DNA of 61,676 nt from Flavobacteriales bacterium. Lineage in GTDB: Bacteria; Bacteroidota; Bacteroidia; Palsa-965. Below the pieces are notes generated by a model, which was given only the letters and a program-made list of their open reading frames with translations, ran no database searches and was not told the DNA's origin. Every line of letters starts with the position of its first letter. Positions within the stretch are counted from its first letter, which is position 1. The position numbers and the translations under genes were made by a program. Of the stretch, positions 7,292 through 17,796 are shown in pieces. The stretch covers positions 1-61,676 of the forward strand of contig JBEIPA010000029.1 in the NCBI GenBank assembly GCA_040377305.1. The letters are read 5' to 3'.

Positions 7292-9697
7292 ATGATGAAC
7301 CGCTCCCCGATTTTCTTACTGGTATTTCTTCTTTGGTCAACTTCGCTTTTGGCACAAGACATAACTGTACACGGCGTAGTTGCCGACAGCAAAAATGAAA
7401 TCCTGTTCGCAGGGAATGTGGTGATCTATTCTTTTCCTGACACCACTTTTATTACGGGCGCTGCCATTGAATCCGGAAAGTTCTCGGTGAATACACCAAT
7501 GAAAGATTCGGTAGTGATGAAAGTTAATGTGATGGGCTACGAACCGCAATGGTACACACTCATTCGCGGCGAAAAAGATTCAATCAATTGCGATACGTTG
7601 CACATGATCAATTCAACGTTGAAAACAGTGGAGATTGTAGCAATGGCTCCAGTGGTTCAGAATCTGGGAAGCAAGTTGAGTGTGGACGTAGAAAACTCCA
7701 GCCTGAGCGCTGCGGGAACGGCTTACGAAGTTCTGGAGAATACGCCGGGTCTTACCATCAACACCGATGGAAGTGTGACGGTGTTCGGAAAGGGAACTGC
7801 AATTTTGTATCTCGATGGTCAGCGTATTCCGGCAGAAATGTTGCGATCAATACCTTCTGTGACGATTGCGCGAATTGAAATTCTCAAGAATCCACCAGCG
7901 AGTTACGATGCGCAAGGACGAGCGGTTGTCAATATCGTAACGAAGAAAGGTGCGATGGAAGGTTACAACATCGATTTCTTTCAGCAGGTTTCGTACACCG
8001 ATTTGTTCAACGATGCGACGATTGCGAATCCGGTTTTCGGTTATACAGGAATCAACGCGTATCGCAGAAAGAACAAATGGACGCTAACCGGCAGAGTGGG
8101 TATGCAGATCGGAAACCGCTGGGAGAATACGTTGTATCTGCGGACGTTTGATGAAGACAGCGTGCACTACGTGATGAATAACACGATCAGCGAAGAGCGA
8201 AGAATGCGTCCGGCGGTGTATCCCGGTTTGACGTTTCAGTATCGCCCGGATTCGTTGAGTCACTTCGATATTAATACGAGTTTCAGTGTGACCCGTAACT
8301 ACAAAACGATTGACAACACGAATGAGATTACAGCCGACACGATGGAAACGGTGATCAAAACATCGCGTGAAGATGAGAACAAGAACTTCGATGAACAGAT
8401 CACTGTAAGCTATACACGCATACTTGATTCGCTGGGCAGTGAAATTTACACGTCAGCGTCTTTCACTGACTACAACAGCCGTCGCTTCGGAAACATTTCT
8501 CAGAATGTGGCAACACCTGCTCAAAGTATGAGTGATGATCTTCGAAACAATTCACTGAGCACGATCCGTTTTGGAGTTGGTCAGTTTAACTGGACGAAGT
8601 TTCTCGACAGCGCATGGAAAATAGAAAGCGGTGTGAAATACACAACCATCATCAACGCCAGTGAGGTTCGCATGCAAAGACTGAGCGGAAGCGAGTGGGT
8701 AGACGATTCAACGATTCTGAATTCCTTTTCTTACCGCGAGCAAACAGCGGCAACATTTATTCAGGGAACTTATCAGAAGAATAAATGGTTTGCAACAGCC
8801 GGCTTGCGTGCCGAGTTCAGCGCTACCAACGGAAAATCGACCACCTACAATCAGCAGATCATTGACACAACGTATCTGAACGTGTTCCCGATGGCGCAGG
8901 TTGTGTACACCATCATTCCTGATCTGAACTTCGAACTCGACTACTCGTGGAGCCTCGAACGTCCATCCTTTGAAGATCTTGATCCGTTTGTGATCTACAT
9001 CGATTCGCTTTCCTACATGAAAGGCAATCCGGGTTTGCGTCCGCAATACACGCACGACTTCAGTACGCAAATCATTTATCTCGAAGCGGCGTCCATCGGT
9101 TTTAACTATGCATACACGATTCAGGGAATGGAAATGTTTGTTGAAAGGGCAGGAACAAACAATTCACAATTCGTGGCTCAAACGCGCAACTTCGATTACA
9201 TTAAGACAATCGGTTTTGATGTTGCCATTCCTTACCAGAACAAATGGTGGACGACTTACAACTCGGTTGGATACAATCACTCCATCTATCACTACGAAGA
9301 AGGAGATGATTATGCACACAATGATGCTGAAGGTTGGTTCTTTTTTACGTATCAGAAATTCAGTGTGAAGCAATTCTCCCTCGAGTTGCAGGGATGGTAC
9401 ACAACCGGTCAGCCGGAAGGATTGTTTTTCTCACGTCCGATTTCCAGTGCGCGTGTTGCATTGGCGTACAAATCGAAAGACAACAATTTCTCCGCTCGTT
9501 TGATCTTCAACGATATGTTCTACATGTCAAACGCGCAAGCTGATTCACGAATTCCAGGATTTGATTTGTATTACAAGGAAGCCGGCGATTCGCGTCACAT
9601 TCGCGCAGCAGTGTTCTATCGTTTCGGACGCGTGAAGCAACAGGAGGTTGATAATCGCCAGAACAACGAACAGGAGCGGAGCCGGATTAAGGGTTAA
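7292..9697 (+). CDS. TonB-dependent receptor / outer-membrane beta-barrel family protein
   Basis: Signal peptide, CarboxypepD-like N-domain, plug (LENTPGL...IEILKNPPASYDAQG), RPSFEDLDPF...GNPGLRPQYT, C-terminal YRFG. Start placed at MMNRS. Confidence 0.85.
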   Translation: MMNRSPIFLLVFLLWSTSLLAQDITVHGVVADSKNEILFAGNVVIYSFPDTTFITGAAIESGKFSVNTPMKDSVVMKVNVMGYEPQWYTLIRGEKDSINCDTLHMINSTLKTVEIVAMAPVVQNLGSKLSVDVENSSLSAAGTAYEVLENTPGLTINTDGSVTVFGKGTAILYLDGQRIPAEMLRSIPSVTIARIEILKNPPASYDAQGRAVVNIVTKKGAMEGYNIDFFQQVSYTDLFNDATIANPVFGYTGINAYRRKNKWTLTGRVGMQIGNRWENTLYLRTFDEDSVHYVMNNTISEERRMRPAVYPGLTFQYRPDSLSHFDINTSFSVTRNYKTIDNTNEITADTMETVIKTSREDENKNFDEQITVSYTRILDSLGSEIYTSASFTDYNSRRFGNISQNVATPAQSMSDDLRNNSLSTIRFGVGQFNWTKFLDSAWKIESGVKYTTIINASEVRMQRLSGSEWVDDSTILNSFSYREQTAATFIQGTYQKNKWFATAGLRAEFSATNGKSTTYNQQIIDTTYLNVFPMAQVVYTIIPDLNFELDYSWSLERPSFEDLDPFVIYIDSLSYMKGNPGLRPQYTHDFSTQIIYLEAASIGFNYAYTIQGMEMFVERAGTNNSQFVAQTRNFDYIKTIGFDVAIPYQNKWWTTYNSVGYNHSIYHYEEGDDYAHNDAEGWFFFTYQKFSVKQFSLELQGWYTTGQPEGLFFSRPISSARVALAYKSKDNNFSARLIFNDMFYMSNAQADSRIPGFDLYYKEAGDSRHIRAAVFYRFGRVKQQEVDNRQNNEQERSRIKG

Positions 9698-9742
9698 CGG
9701 TTCTAGGTTCTAAGTTCATCGTCCGCAGTTTCTGATATGGAG

Positions 9743-9750
9743 TATATTTG
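9743..9750 (+). promoter_or_regulatory. -7 box TATATTTG
   Basis: TAnnTTTG 5 nt before ATG 9756, implying a near-leaderless transcript. Confidence 0.5.
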
Positions 9751-9755
9751 ATTCA

Positions 9756-10091
9756 ATGTCTCTTCAAAAACTTATTTGTACCCAATGCGGCAGCAACGAA
9801 TTAGCGTTGTTTGGAAAGGCTGCATTCAAATGTGAATCGTGCGGAACTATTCTGGTGGATGAAAAGCCGTCAGAACCAGGAGAGAAAACGCTTAAGGAGA
9901 TCATGCAGCAAAAATCTAAAGAGAAACCGTTTCGTTCCGCAAGAATTCAGCACGGCATCGAGGATCAACCTGATTTTACTAAAGACACAAATGATCATTA
10001 CACCGAACAAGGAAATCAGTTTATCAAGCTTGTTTTCTTTGCTGCTATTATAGGTGGGCTTGCGATGTTGGTTGTGTGGTTACTGGAATAA
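9756..10091 (+). CDS. Zinc-ribbon protein with C-terminal TM helix
   Basis: CTQCG...CESCG; hydrophobic C-terminus. Confidence 0.7.
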   Translation: MSLQKLICTQCGSNELALFGKAAFKCESCGTILVDEKPSEPGEKTLKEIMQQKSKEKPFRSARIQHGIEDQPDFTKDTNDHYTEQGNQFIKLVFFAAIIGGLAMLVVWLLE

Positions 10092-10106
10092 GAGCCTGCA
10101 ACACGG

Positions 10107-10279
10107 ACCGTCATCGCGAGGTACGAAGCGATCCCAAAATACGGAACCGTAATGAGAGGAAACATGAGCGATCAACCGAAGTGTGTTGCTGCAAAACGGG
10201 TAGCTTCTTTCCTTGGATAAGAGTGTTGTATCTGTCTGCTCCCATCATGGGATTGCTTCGCAGGCTCGCAATGACGGTC
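10107..10279. repeat. REP-like inverted repeat doublet (GTCATCGCGAGG..GAAGCGATC type)
   Basis: accgtcatcgcgaggtacgaagcgatccca (10107-10136) vs tgggattgcttcgcaggctcgcaatgacggt (10248-10278). Confidence 0.8.
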
Positions 10280-10393
10280 GCCGTTTTGGAACAGTCTCGA
10301 AGGAATACAAACCTAAATTATCATGTTTTCAAGTCAAATTTCGCGTTATTCCTGCAACTCGTTTTCGTATCTTAGACATCCTTTTCCACACCA

Positions 10394-12379
10394 GTGAAAC
10401 GGATTCTCCGATATATCCTTCTCATCTTCTTTGTTGTCTGCATTCAGACTGCATGTTCGCTCATACTCGTGCGCGAATCGCATGGAGATACGCACATGCG
10501 TAATGTGAAAGCGCTTGTAGAGGAAAAACAGCCCGTACCTTTTCAGATTGTGAATGGAACCTTTCTCGGAAATGAGTCACGCAACTGGTATGGCAACTAC
10601 TGCAGTGATTCCCTAAACCTTAAATGGAAATACTTTTTAGGGTCAGGGAAAACAATCGTGACTGCAGAAGCCGGAGTCGAAGTATGGGCAGGAGCAGGGT
10701 GGACCGGTCAACCTTTGATTACCATTGAGAACGGAACGACATACATTTATCAAGGCGCATTCGATCATCACCTGAAAAAGCTTTCGCTGGATTCAGGAAA
10801 GCTTGTGTGGCAGTATGAGTTCGACGATATTCTGAAAGGAACGGGAACAATTCTTTACAACGAGAATGCAATTGATTCTGCGAATCGTTTGATGATTTTT
10901 CAGGGAAGCAGAAAAGGGTTGCAATATTCTGTGAGTGATACAGGCGTATCCAGTTTCCGTGCTGTTTCTTGTCTCACGGGACAAGAACAATGGAGAATGC
11001 CGATGAAACATACCGCATGTTATAGCAGCGATGTTGATGCATCACCGGTTTTTGTCAATGGAATAGGTTACATCGGATTGGAGAACGGATATTTTGTTTC
11101 GTTCAATCCGGAAGAGGCAACACGCTGGACAGATACATCTTCGCGACCCACGATATACACGAGTGATTTGCTGTATTCTGAAAGTGATCGTGCAGAACAC
11201 GGAGGAAATCTGGTGACTGAAGCTTCTCCCACGCGAATTGGAAATCACTTGTACATCGCATCTGGCTGCGGACACATTTTCGGTTACAATCTTGACACGA
11301 AGAAAATTGATTGGGACCTGAAAGTTTCTGCGGACATAGATGGAACTCCGGTTGTGACAAGCGACAATTGTTTGCTCATTGCCATAGAGAAACAATACAT
11401 TCCCGGTCATGGAGGAATTCTGAAAATTAATCCTGCCCGCGACGAAACAGAATGTGTAGACTGGTATTATCCGACTGGCGATCACAATTTCTCCTCCTGG
11501 ATTGGAGGCGTGATCGGAAGCGTAACTGTAAATGATAACTACCGAACAGATAACGACCCGCATCTGGCTGCATTCACCGGTATTGATGGAATTCTTACTG
11601 TGGTTGATTACCTGAATGTAACCGGAGAGAAAGTTGCAGGTCCGGATGGTGTGACGATGTATCCCACTCCGAAAGTTCACTTCACTTCAGACATTGGCGA
11701 ATCGATTTCAACACCCATGTTTACGGGAGGACATTTGGTTGCTGCAGGATATCACGGTATTCGCATTTTCAAGCAAGACAGTTTGTGGAATTATTCGGAG
11801 ACTGCATTTCAACCTGGAATGTTTGAAGCGTCACCAATTTCGCACAATGGAAATGTGATTATTGCATCGCGTGATGGTTATCTGTATTGTTTCGGTACAA
11901 CCGGTGAGCCATTGGTGAATGTTCCTCAAATTAAAGTTGGACCACAGCCAATTGATGTTGCAATTGAAGAAGTGCGCATAGAAAAGAAAGCCAAAGTAGT
12001 TTCTCCTCGTGAGCTTCATCCGCGTGATGAAGTTGCACCGGATACAATTATTCGTCACATGGCTGTGTTAACCAAACGGGAATTGCGTGCATCGAAATCG
12101 TTCGGCAAGGAACCTGTTGCTGTTGTGGTGAAGCCAACAATTGTTTCATCGGGTAGTTATTTCCTCATCGCCGGGGTGTTCAAGAGCGAGGAGAATGCGA
12201 AAAACTACACGGCGAAGTGGCAGAAGAAAGGTTATCCTGCTGAAATGATTACACAGCCAAGCGGAATGCATTATGTGTCTGTGATGCGTGGAGAAACGGA
12301 AGAGAAGCTGTTGCAGGAGCGTGCGAGGATTGAACTCGGTAAAGATCCGTTGCCGTGGGTGTGGAGTTCGCAGGAATAG
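10394..12379 (+). CDS. PQQ-like beta-propeller protein with C-terminal SPOR domain
   Basis: GTG start, N-terminal anchor, Trp-docking repeats (SGKLVWQY, TGQEQWRM, DGTPVV, ASRDGYLY); C-terminal YFLIAGVFKSEENA...GYPAEM. Confidence 0.75.
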   Translation: MKRILRYILLIFFVVCIQTACSLILVRESHGDTHMRNVKALVEEKQPVPFQIVNGTFLGNESRNWYGNYCSDSLNLKWKYFLGSGKTIVTAEAGVEVWAGAGWTGQPLITIENGTTYIYQGAFDHHLKKLSLDSGKLVWQYEFDDILKGTGTILYNENAIDSANRLMIFQGSRKGLQYSVSDTGVSSFRAVSCLTGQEQWRMPMKHTACYSSDVDASPVFVNGIGYIGLENGYFVSFNPEEATRWTDTSSRPTIYTSDLLYSESDRAEHGGNLVTEASPTRIGNHLYIASGCGHIFGYNLDTKKIDWDLKVSADIDGTPVVTSDNCLLIAIEKQYIPGHGGILKINPARDETECVDWYYPTGDHNFSSWIGGVIGSVTVNDNYRTDNDPHLAAFTGIDGILTVVDYLNVTGEKVAGPDGVTMYPTPKVHFTSDIGESISTPMFTGGHLVAAGYHGIRIFKQDSLWNYSETAFQPGMFEASPISHNGNVIIASRDGYLYCFGTTGEPLVNVPQIKVGPQPIDVAIEEVRIEKKAKVVSPRELHPRDEVAPDTIIRHMAVLTKRELRASKSFGKEPVAVVVKPTIVSSGSYFLIAGVFKSEENAKNYTAKWQKKGYPAEMITQPSGMHYVSVMRGETEEKLLQERARIELGKDPLPWVWSSQE

Positions 12380-12412
12380 GGCGCGTACCAAATATTCGTA
12401 TTTTCGGTCTAC

Positions 12413-14929
12413 ATGCTGAGCCGTTTACTTCCTGCATTCATTCTCTTTTTCCTTCTTGCTTCGGCATGCGGTGAACCCGAAGCCGATTCTGGTTACACCG
12501 GTTTTTCTCCCAAGGTTGACAGCATTCTGCATGATTCAGTACAACAATCGCTTTACGTCGATTCGTTCCGTTTAAAAGTTCTTACAGCAGCCAACGACAC
12601 CGAACGTGTTTACTGGCTGAATGAACTTGCTGCTTCGTGGCGTGGTCCGCAAGGAAGAATTATGGCCGATGAAGCAAAGCGTTTGAGTACAGAAAATAAG
12701 AACCTGTATGGTATTGCTGATTCTGAATCGAAGATAGCATTGTGTTTTGCTCGCGAAAACAAACACAAGCTTGCGGATAGTGTTCTCACGATCGCAGAAG
12801 GACTCGCTTCAGAAGGTCAATACAATTACCTGCTTGCGAGAATCTATGTGCAGAAAGGAGATATTCAACGCTTCCAGGGAAACAATGTCGGTTCGTTTTC
12901 GTATCTCAAACAAGGACTGAACATTGCCACAGAAAGAAAATACGACGATGTACGTGGCATGGCTTATGCGAGCATGGGTGATGTCTACCAGTCGATGCAC
13001 AAATACGATTCGTCAAAGTTCTGTCTCAATCGCGTAGTTGAAATAGGGAAAAAACTCAACGACAGGTCGCGTGTAGCAATGGCGTATGGTGTACTTGCTG
13101 TTGTGTGTCGTTTTGAATCAAATACAGATAGTGCGTTTTATTATGTGAAGCAGGTGCTTGCCCTTTCTAAAGAGCTTCGGGATAAGTACAGGACGACTAC
13201 CGGATACAGCACCCTCGGAGAAATGTATCGTATGCAAAACGACGATGATCAGGCATTGCTGTATTTCGATAGTGCCCGTGTACTTGCACAGGAGATTGAT
13301 CACAAGAATCAGCTGGCCTACACACTTGGTAGCATGGGATCAATTTACCGGATGCAGGGGGAAGTTGATCGGGCATTGAGCTACTATAAAGTTGCACTGA
13401 GTATTTCGCGTGATGTGAATAACCGTTCGTTGATTGCCACGAATCTGAGTACGATCGGAGATGTTTACCGTCGTAAAAAAGAATTCGATACTGCATTGAC
13501 ATATTTCCGGGAAGCGCTCGAAATTGCGACGTTTGTAAAGGATCCAAATCGACAGGCGTTTATTTACGTAGACATTGCTGATATCTATCGGAGTCAGAAA
13601 CGGTATGCTGAATCGCTGGAAGAATTACGTCACGCAGATACGATTGCACAAACCACGAGTTACGAAAATCTGAAAGCCATTACCTGGAATGCGATGTCGA
13701 TAACGTACACTGCGATGGGGAAGCTGAATGAAGCTAAACACTATGGAGAGAAGTCGATTAAGTCGGCAGAAGCGAGTAAGATTCCAGCGAACATTCTGGA
13801 GTCGGCGAAGCAGCTTTATCATTTGTACGATACTACGGGAAACAAAGCAGGGGCCCTGGAAATGTATATCAAGTACGTTGAAGCGCGTGACAGTGTAGAG
13901 AATCAGGAAGAGATCAGAAAATTCGCACAAGTCGAGTATGCTGCGAAGGAAAGTGAATTGAAAGCAGAAAATGCCGGAAAACTGGCTGAAGCCCGTGAAA
14001 AAGAAGCAGCGAAGGAAGAGGAGCTTCAGAAAAACAAATTGATTCTGATAGGTGCGGTGATCGCATTTTTATTCATGGCTGCTTTTGCAGTGATCATTTA
14101 TCGCAGTTTGCAGGAGAATAAAAAGGCGCGCACAATTATTGAGCAACAGAAATCAATTGTCGAAGAGAAGAACAAAGCCATTCACGATTCCATTACGTAC
14201 GCCCGTCGTTTGCAGGATGCCATTATTCCGGATGAACGTACCATTCGCGAATCGTTCAAGGATTTTTTTATTTTGTATTTGCCTAAGGACATTGTTGCAG
14301 GCGATTTCTATTGGTATGAAAAGACGGGCAATCACATTTTCCTTGCTGCAGCAGATTGTACAGGTCATGGTGTTCCGGGCGCGCTGGTTAGTGTTGTGTG
14401 TTCGAATGCTTTGAACAGGGCGGTGAATGAATTCAGGCTAACTGATCCTGGCAGAATTCTCGATAAGACCAAGCAACTTGTTCTGGAAACATTTGAAAGG
14501 AGTCAACACAATGTGGCTGACGGCATGGACATTTCATTGTGTGCATGGGAGGAGAACAATACAGACCGCAGAAAACTGAAATGGGCAGGAGCACAGAATA
14601 ACCTTTTCATTCTTCGTGGTGCGGAATTGATGACGGTAGGTGCCGATAAACAACCAGTGGGTAAATGGGAAACCAACGTTCCGTTTACGACACACGAAAT
14701 TGATTTGCGCGAAGGCGATGAAATTATTTTATTGACCGACGGGTATGCCGATCAGTTTGGTGGTGCGAAAGGGAAGAAGATTAAGCAAAAACCCTTTCTC
14801 AAGTTTATTCAGGAAACAAATAATCTCTCAACTGCGGATCAACGAAACATCCTGTTGAAATTCTTCAATGACTGGAAAGGTGAATTGGAGCAAGTGGATG
14901 ATGTAACGGTGATAGGAATTCGGGTATGA
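12413..14929 (+). CDS. TPR - TM - SpoIIE/PP2C phosphatase sensor (lipoprotein-type signal)
   Basis: TPR repeats; PKDIVAGDFYW, ADCTGHGVPGA, DGMD, TDGYADQFGG, QVDDVTVIG. Confidence 0.9.
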   Translation: MLSRLLPAFILFFLLASACGEPEADSGYTGFSPKVDSILHDSVQQSLYVDSFRLKVLTAANDTERVYWLNELAASWRGPQGRIMADEAKRLSTENKNLYGIADSESKIALCFARENKHKLADSVLTIAEGLASEGQYNYLLARIYVQKGDIQRFQGNNVGSFSYLKQGLNIATERKYDDVRGMAYASMGDVYQSMHKYDSSKFCLNRVVEIGKKLNDRSRVAMAYGVLAVVCRFESNTDSAFYYVKQVLALSKELRDKYRTTTGYSTLGEMYRMQNDDDQALLYFDSARVLAQEIDHKNQLAYTLGSMGSIYRMQGEVDRALSYYKVALSISRDVNNRSLIATNLSTIGDVYRRKKEFDTALTYFREALEIATFVKDPNRQAFIYVDIADIYRSQKRYAESLEELRHADTIAQTTSYENLKAITWNAMSITYTAMGKLNEAKHYGEKSIKSAEASKIPANILESAKQLYHLYDTTGNKAGALEMYIKYVEARDSVENQEEIRKFAQVEYAAKESELKAENAGKLAEAREKEAAKEEELQKNKLILIGAVIAFLFMAAFAVIIYRSLQENKKARTIIEQQKSIVEEKNKAIHDSITYARRLQDAIIPDERTIRESFKDFFILYLPKDIVAGDFYWYEKTGNHIFLAAADCTGHGVPGALVSVVCSNALNRAVNEFRLTDPGRILDKTKQLVLETFERSQHNVADGMDISLCAWEENNTDRRKLKWAGAQNNLFILRGAELMTVGADKQPVGKWETNVPFTTHEIDLREGDEIILLTDGYADQFGGAKGKKIKQKPFLKFIQETNNLSTADQRNILLKFFNDWKGELEQVDDVTVIGIRV

Positions 14930-15402
14930 AATCAGCAACAGTAGCAGAGCTCAAAAAGGAACTTGAACATTTTCCCGCAAAGAAAGTGGCGGAACTTACT
15001 TTGCGTCTCGCGCGATTTAAGAAAGAAAATAAGGAACTGCTTACATTTCTTTTGTATGAAGCAGACGATATTCCCGGATTCATCAAGCAGGTAAAGGCTG
15101 AGATGGACGAAGAGTTTCTGAAGATGAATCGCGATACGCTTTACCTCGCGAAAAAGAGCTTGCGGAAAATTCTACGCTACGTTGCAAAGTATTGTCGCTA
15201 CATCGGTGATCCTGCTGCGGAAGTTGAGCTGCTTATTCACTTCATCCATAACATTCATAAAACGAATATTCCTTTTCGCGATGGTGTTGTGATCAACAAT
15301 CTATACGAAAATCAGGTGAAGAAAATTAAGAAGCTGATCAAAGGGCTTGACGAGGATCTGCAGTATGATTGGGAAAGAGAACTCGACAAGGCTAGCAGCT
15401 AA
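14926..15402 (+). CDS. Conserved helical hypothetical protein
   Basis: LRLARFKKENKELLTFLL, KKSLRKILR, LDEDLQYD motifs seen in a Bacteroidota-conserved family; ATGA overlap with the upstream gene. Confidence 0.75.
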   Translation: MKSATVAELKKELEHFPAKKVAELTLRLARFKKENKELLTFLLYEADDIPGFIKQVKAEMDEEFLKMNRDTLYLAKKSLRKILRYVAKYCRYIGDPAAEVELLIHFIHNIHKTNIPFRDGVVINNLYENQVKKIKKLIKGLDEDLQYDWERELDKASS

Positions 15403-15544
15403 ACACATAGAATCATAGTTCATTGTTTGCTGGTGTTCCTCAAGAGTTACGTAGACCAAAGGAGAATATCGCTTAGCGATATTTCCCGGGTGATGCATGA
15501 TCGCAAAGCGCTTAACACCGAACCAAAACTATGCTCCTATGTGG

Positions 15545-16024
15545 TTAATGTACCCGCACATGTAGCGGCAGTTTCAGTTGATCGGCAATTTTCCGTGCGA
15601 GTATTTCACCTTCTTTTGTGAACGGCCATACGAACAAATCGGTCACTGGATTTTCGGAGCAGATGCTGCTGATTCCATCGACTGTGAGTTTGCTCGTCAG
15701 TCCTTTTCCCCGATATTCCGGAAGTGTTGTAGCTGAACACAAGTAGATCGCTTCGAATTTTGTTAACGGTTTTGTCTGCTGAAGAATTCCGTTTTCGCTG
15801 ATCTTACCTGCAAGGAATTCATTCATGATCTCCTTCTTCGTTGGAATAAGAAGAACCCAAATACAGGGTCCCTGTCCTTCGTTGTATTCTGAAAGCGTTG
15901 CTGGATGCAAGGCTTGTAGCCTTTCGATATCCTGTTCTGAAACCTGCAACTGATCGGGATCATTCCGGGTTTCAAAAACACCGTCAATGATTTCCATCAT
16001 GCGTTCGAAGTTGCTTTGTCCCAT
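15545..16024 (-). CDS. GNAT-like hypothetical protein
   Basis: AIYLCSATTLPEYRGKGL acetyl-CoA binding motif A. Confidence 0.65.
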   Translation of the reverse strand: MGQSNFERMMEIIDGVFETRNDPDQLQVSEQDIERLQALHPATLSEYNEGQGPCIWVLLIPTKKEIMNEFLAGKISENGILQQTKPLTKFEAIYLCSATTLPEYRGKGLTSKLTVDGISSICSENPVTDLFVWPFTKEGEILARKIADQLKLPLHVRVH

Positions 16025-16082
16025 TAGACGAAGTTACTCATTCCGTAATTCCGGAATCCGGAATGAGTTGTATATTTCGGAC

Positions 16083-16877
16083 ATGAAATATATACTGCCA
16101 CTCGTTGTTTCTGGATTCTTATTCTCTTGCGGAAATGCAGAAGACAAACAAGTTCATGACTCTGCAACAACCGCAGTAACTACTGTGCCTGCAATTACAG
16201 AAGTTCAACCCTATCGCCCCGATATCGCAACAACACCCTGGGATGGTGATTTAACCGACGCAATTTACTGGCGCGATACCCGCGGAGAAAATGCAGTGAT
16301 TGTTTCCGTTAAGCCACAGTATTTCTGGGAGGAAGAAAATCCGAAAGCGCAGGATTTCTTTCCATCCGCTGAAGATCCGGAAACACTTTCTGAACTCACG
16401 GAAATATTTGTAACGCATTACGTTTTGAAATCCGGAGAAGCCCAGTGGAAGCAGTTCAGTCAACACCACGATTATCTTTTTGGATGTTGCGATGTGTACA
16501 TGGCGTATCAACCCGCTTCTTTGCAGGTGATGGATGCGGACTCAAACGGCACAGGGGAGTATATGTTGATGTATCACCAGACGGAAGGGGACGGAATGTT
16601 GTCGCATTACTATTTGGGAACATTGTTACTCGGATACGAATCGGAGTTCTACACCATCGAAGACAATACCGGTTTGGGCTACGAAATAGAGATGCAAGGA
16701 AAATCTTATGTGCTTGATGATGATCAGAAATTGAACTTGCCTGCTAACCCAATGGTGGCTTCACTAATGGGCGTGAAATGGAGAGAATTATACCTGAAAA
16801 AAGTTGAACAGGACAGAGCAGAAGTAACCGAACAGAATAACGTGGATGAGGAAGGTCACGCCGATCATCAACACTAG
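16083..16877 (+). CDS. Hypothetical lipoprotein (resembles M949_RS01915 family)
   Basis: Start at MKYILP, lipobox LFSC; WRDTRGENAVIVS, THYV, DADSNG; His-rich tail GHADHQH. Confidence 0.65.
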   Translation: MKYILPLVVSGFLFSCGNAEDKQVHDSATTAVTTVPAITEVQPYRPDIATTPWDGDLTDAIYWRDTRGENAVIVSVKPQYFWEEENPKAQDFFPSAEDPETLSELTEIFVTHYVLKSGEAQWKQFSQHHDYLFGCCDVYMAYQPASLQVMDADSNGTGEYMLMYHQTEGDGMLSHYYLGTLLLGYESEFYTIEDNTGLGYEIEMQGKSYVLDDDQKLNLPANPMVASLMGVKWRELYLKKVEQDRAEVTEQNNVDEEGHADHQH

Positions 16878-17323
16878 CTGGAGCGCATCCAACCTATCGG
16901 AATGCGTTGCTTCTCGAGATAGTGAATCGTGTACTCTTCGCCTTCTTTAATTGCAGCAACATCGTTCTTGCGAAGCAGAAAGCTGCGGTCTCCGATTTTG
17001 AGAACTACACTTTTTGTCCCTGAATTTTTCTTTTCCACTTTTCCGGTGATCTCAATGATCGCATGACCGTCGGCTTTAATGAACAGGTAGCCCCAGCCAA
17101 TCCAAAGGAAAGCAGCACCGAGAAGTGACCCGCCTACGAGAAAAATGATGAGCATTACTCCGGAGCGAATGTTTGATGCAAAGTAGGCCAGCGGAATCAA
17201 TGCAAAGAAGCACAAACCAGCTATAGCGTTCACAACACCCTTGCTCTTGATACTCCACAACTGATCTTTTGTGAGTGTGCCGGAACGGTTGACTTCCAGA
17301 TCTTCTTGTGTGAGGTTTTTCAT
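16874..17323 (-). CDS. Hypothetical two-TM membrane protein
   Basis: DLEVNRSGTLT..Q N-terminus, two hydrophobic helices, beta-rich C-domain. Confidence 0.7.
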   Translation of the reverse strand: MKNLTQEDLEVNRSGTLTKDQLWSIKSKGVVNAIAGLCFFALIPLAYFASNIRSGVMLIIFLVGGSLLGAAFLWIGWGYLFIKADGHAIIEITGKVEKKNSGTKSVVLKIGDRSFLLRKNDVAAIKEGEEYTIHYLEKQRIPIGWMRSS

Positions 17324-17424
17324 TCCATGTTAGTATATACCCGCAAAATTACAACTTCCATCTGAAGTGCACGGAATACATGGAATCTAAAGCAATTGAC
17401 TGAAGTATCTCTCAGATTCAGTTG

Positions 17425-17796
17425 TTACTGATATTTTTCAGCAACATCTTCCCACGATCCACCGTTCGTTACGTTTGTAACGCCATGCTCATTGAGTATA
17501 GACATGGCCTGTGAGCTACGACTTCCGCTTCTGCAGAATACTACAATCTCTCCTTTTCCCTGAAACTCTGAAATGCGGGCTTCAACTTCGTCGAGTGGAA
17601 TATTCACGGCGCCTTTTACACTACCCGCGGCAAACTCTTCCGGTGTGCGAACGTCGACAAGGAATGGTTTTACAGTAACTGTATCCGGAGGAGCAGTGAT
17701 CACGGTTTTTGATTCCTGATCATTTGCTGAAGGTGAACATGCGGTTGCTACGACTGCGTTAAACAGGAGCAGTCCTACGATTACTGATTTTGACAT
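17425..17796 (-). CDS. Rhodanese-like lipoprotein
   Basis: LVDVRTPEEF, GAVNIPL, FCRSGSRS; signal ending ATAC. Confidence 0.9.
   Translation of the reverse strand: MSKSVIVGLLLFNAVVATACSPSANDQESKTVITAPPDTVTVKPFLVDVRTPEEFAAGSVKGAVNIPLDEVEARISEFQGKGEIVVFCRSGSRSSQAMSILNEHGVTNVTNGGSWEDVAEKYQ

Noticed and set aside
10076-10503. ORFs 10076-10375 and 10213-10503
   Set aside because: They run through a REP doublet, overlap real genes and have no protein-like features.
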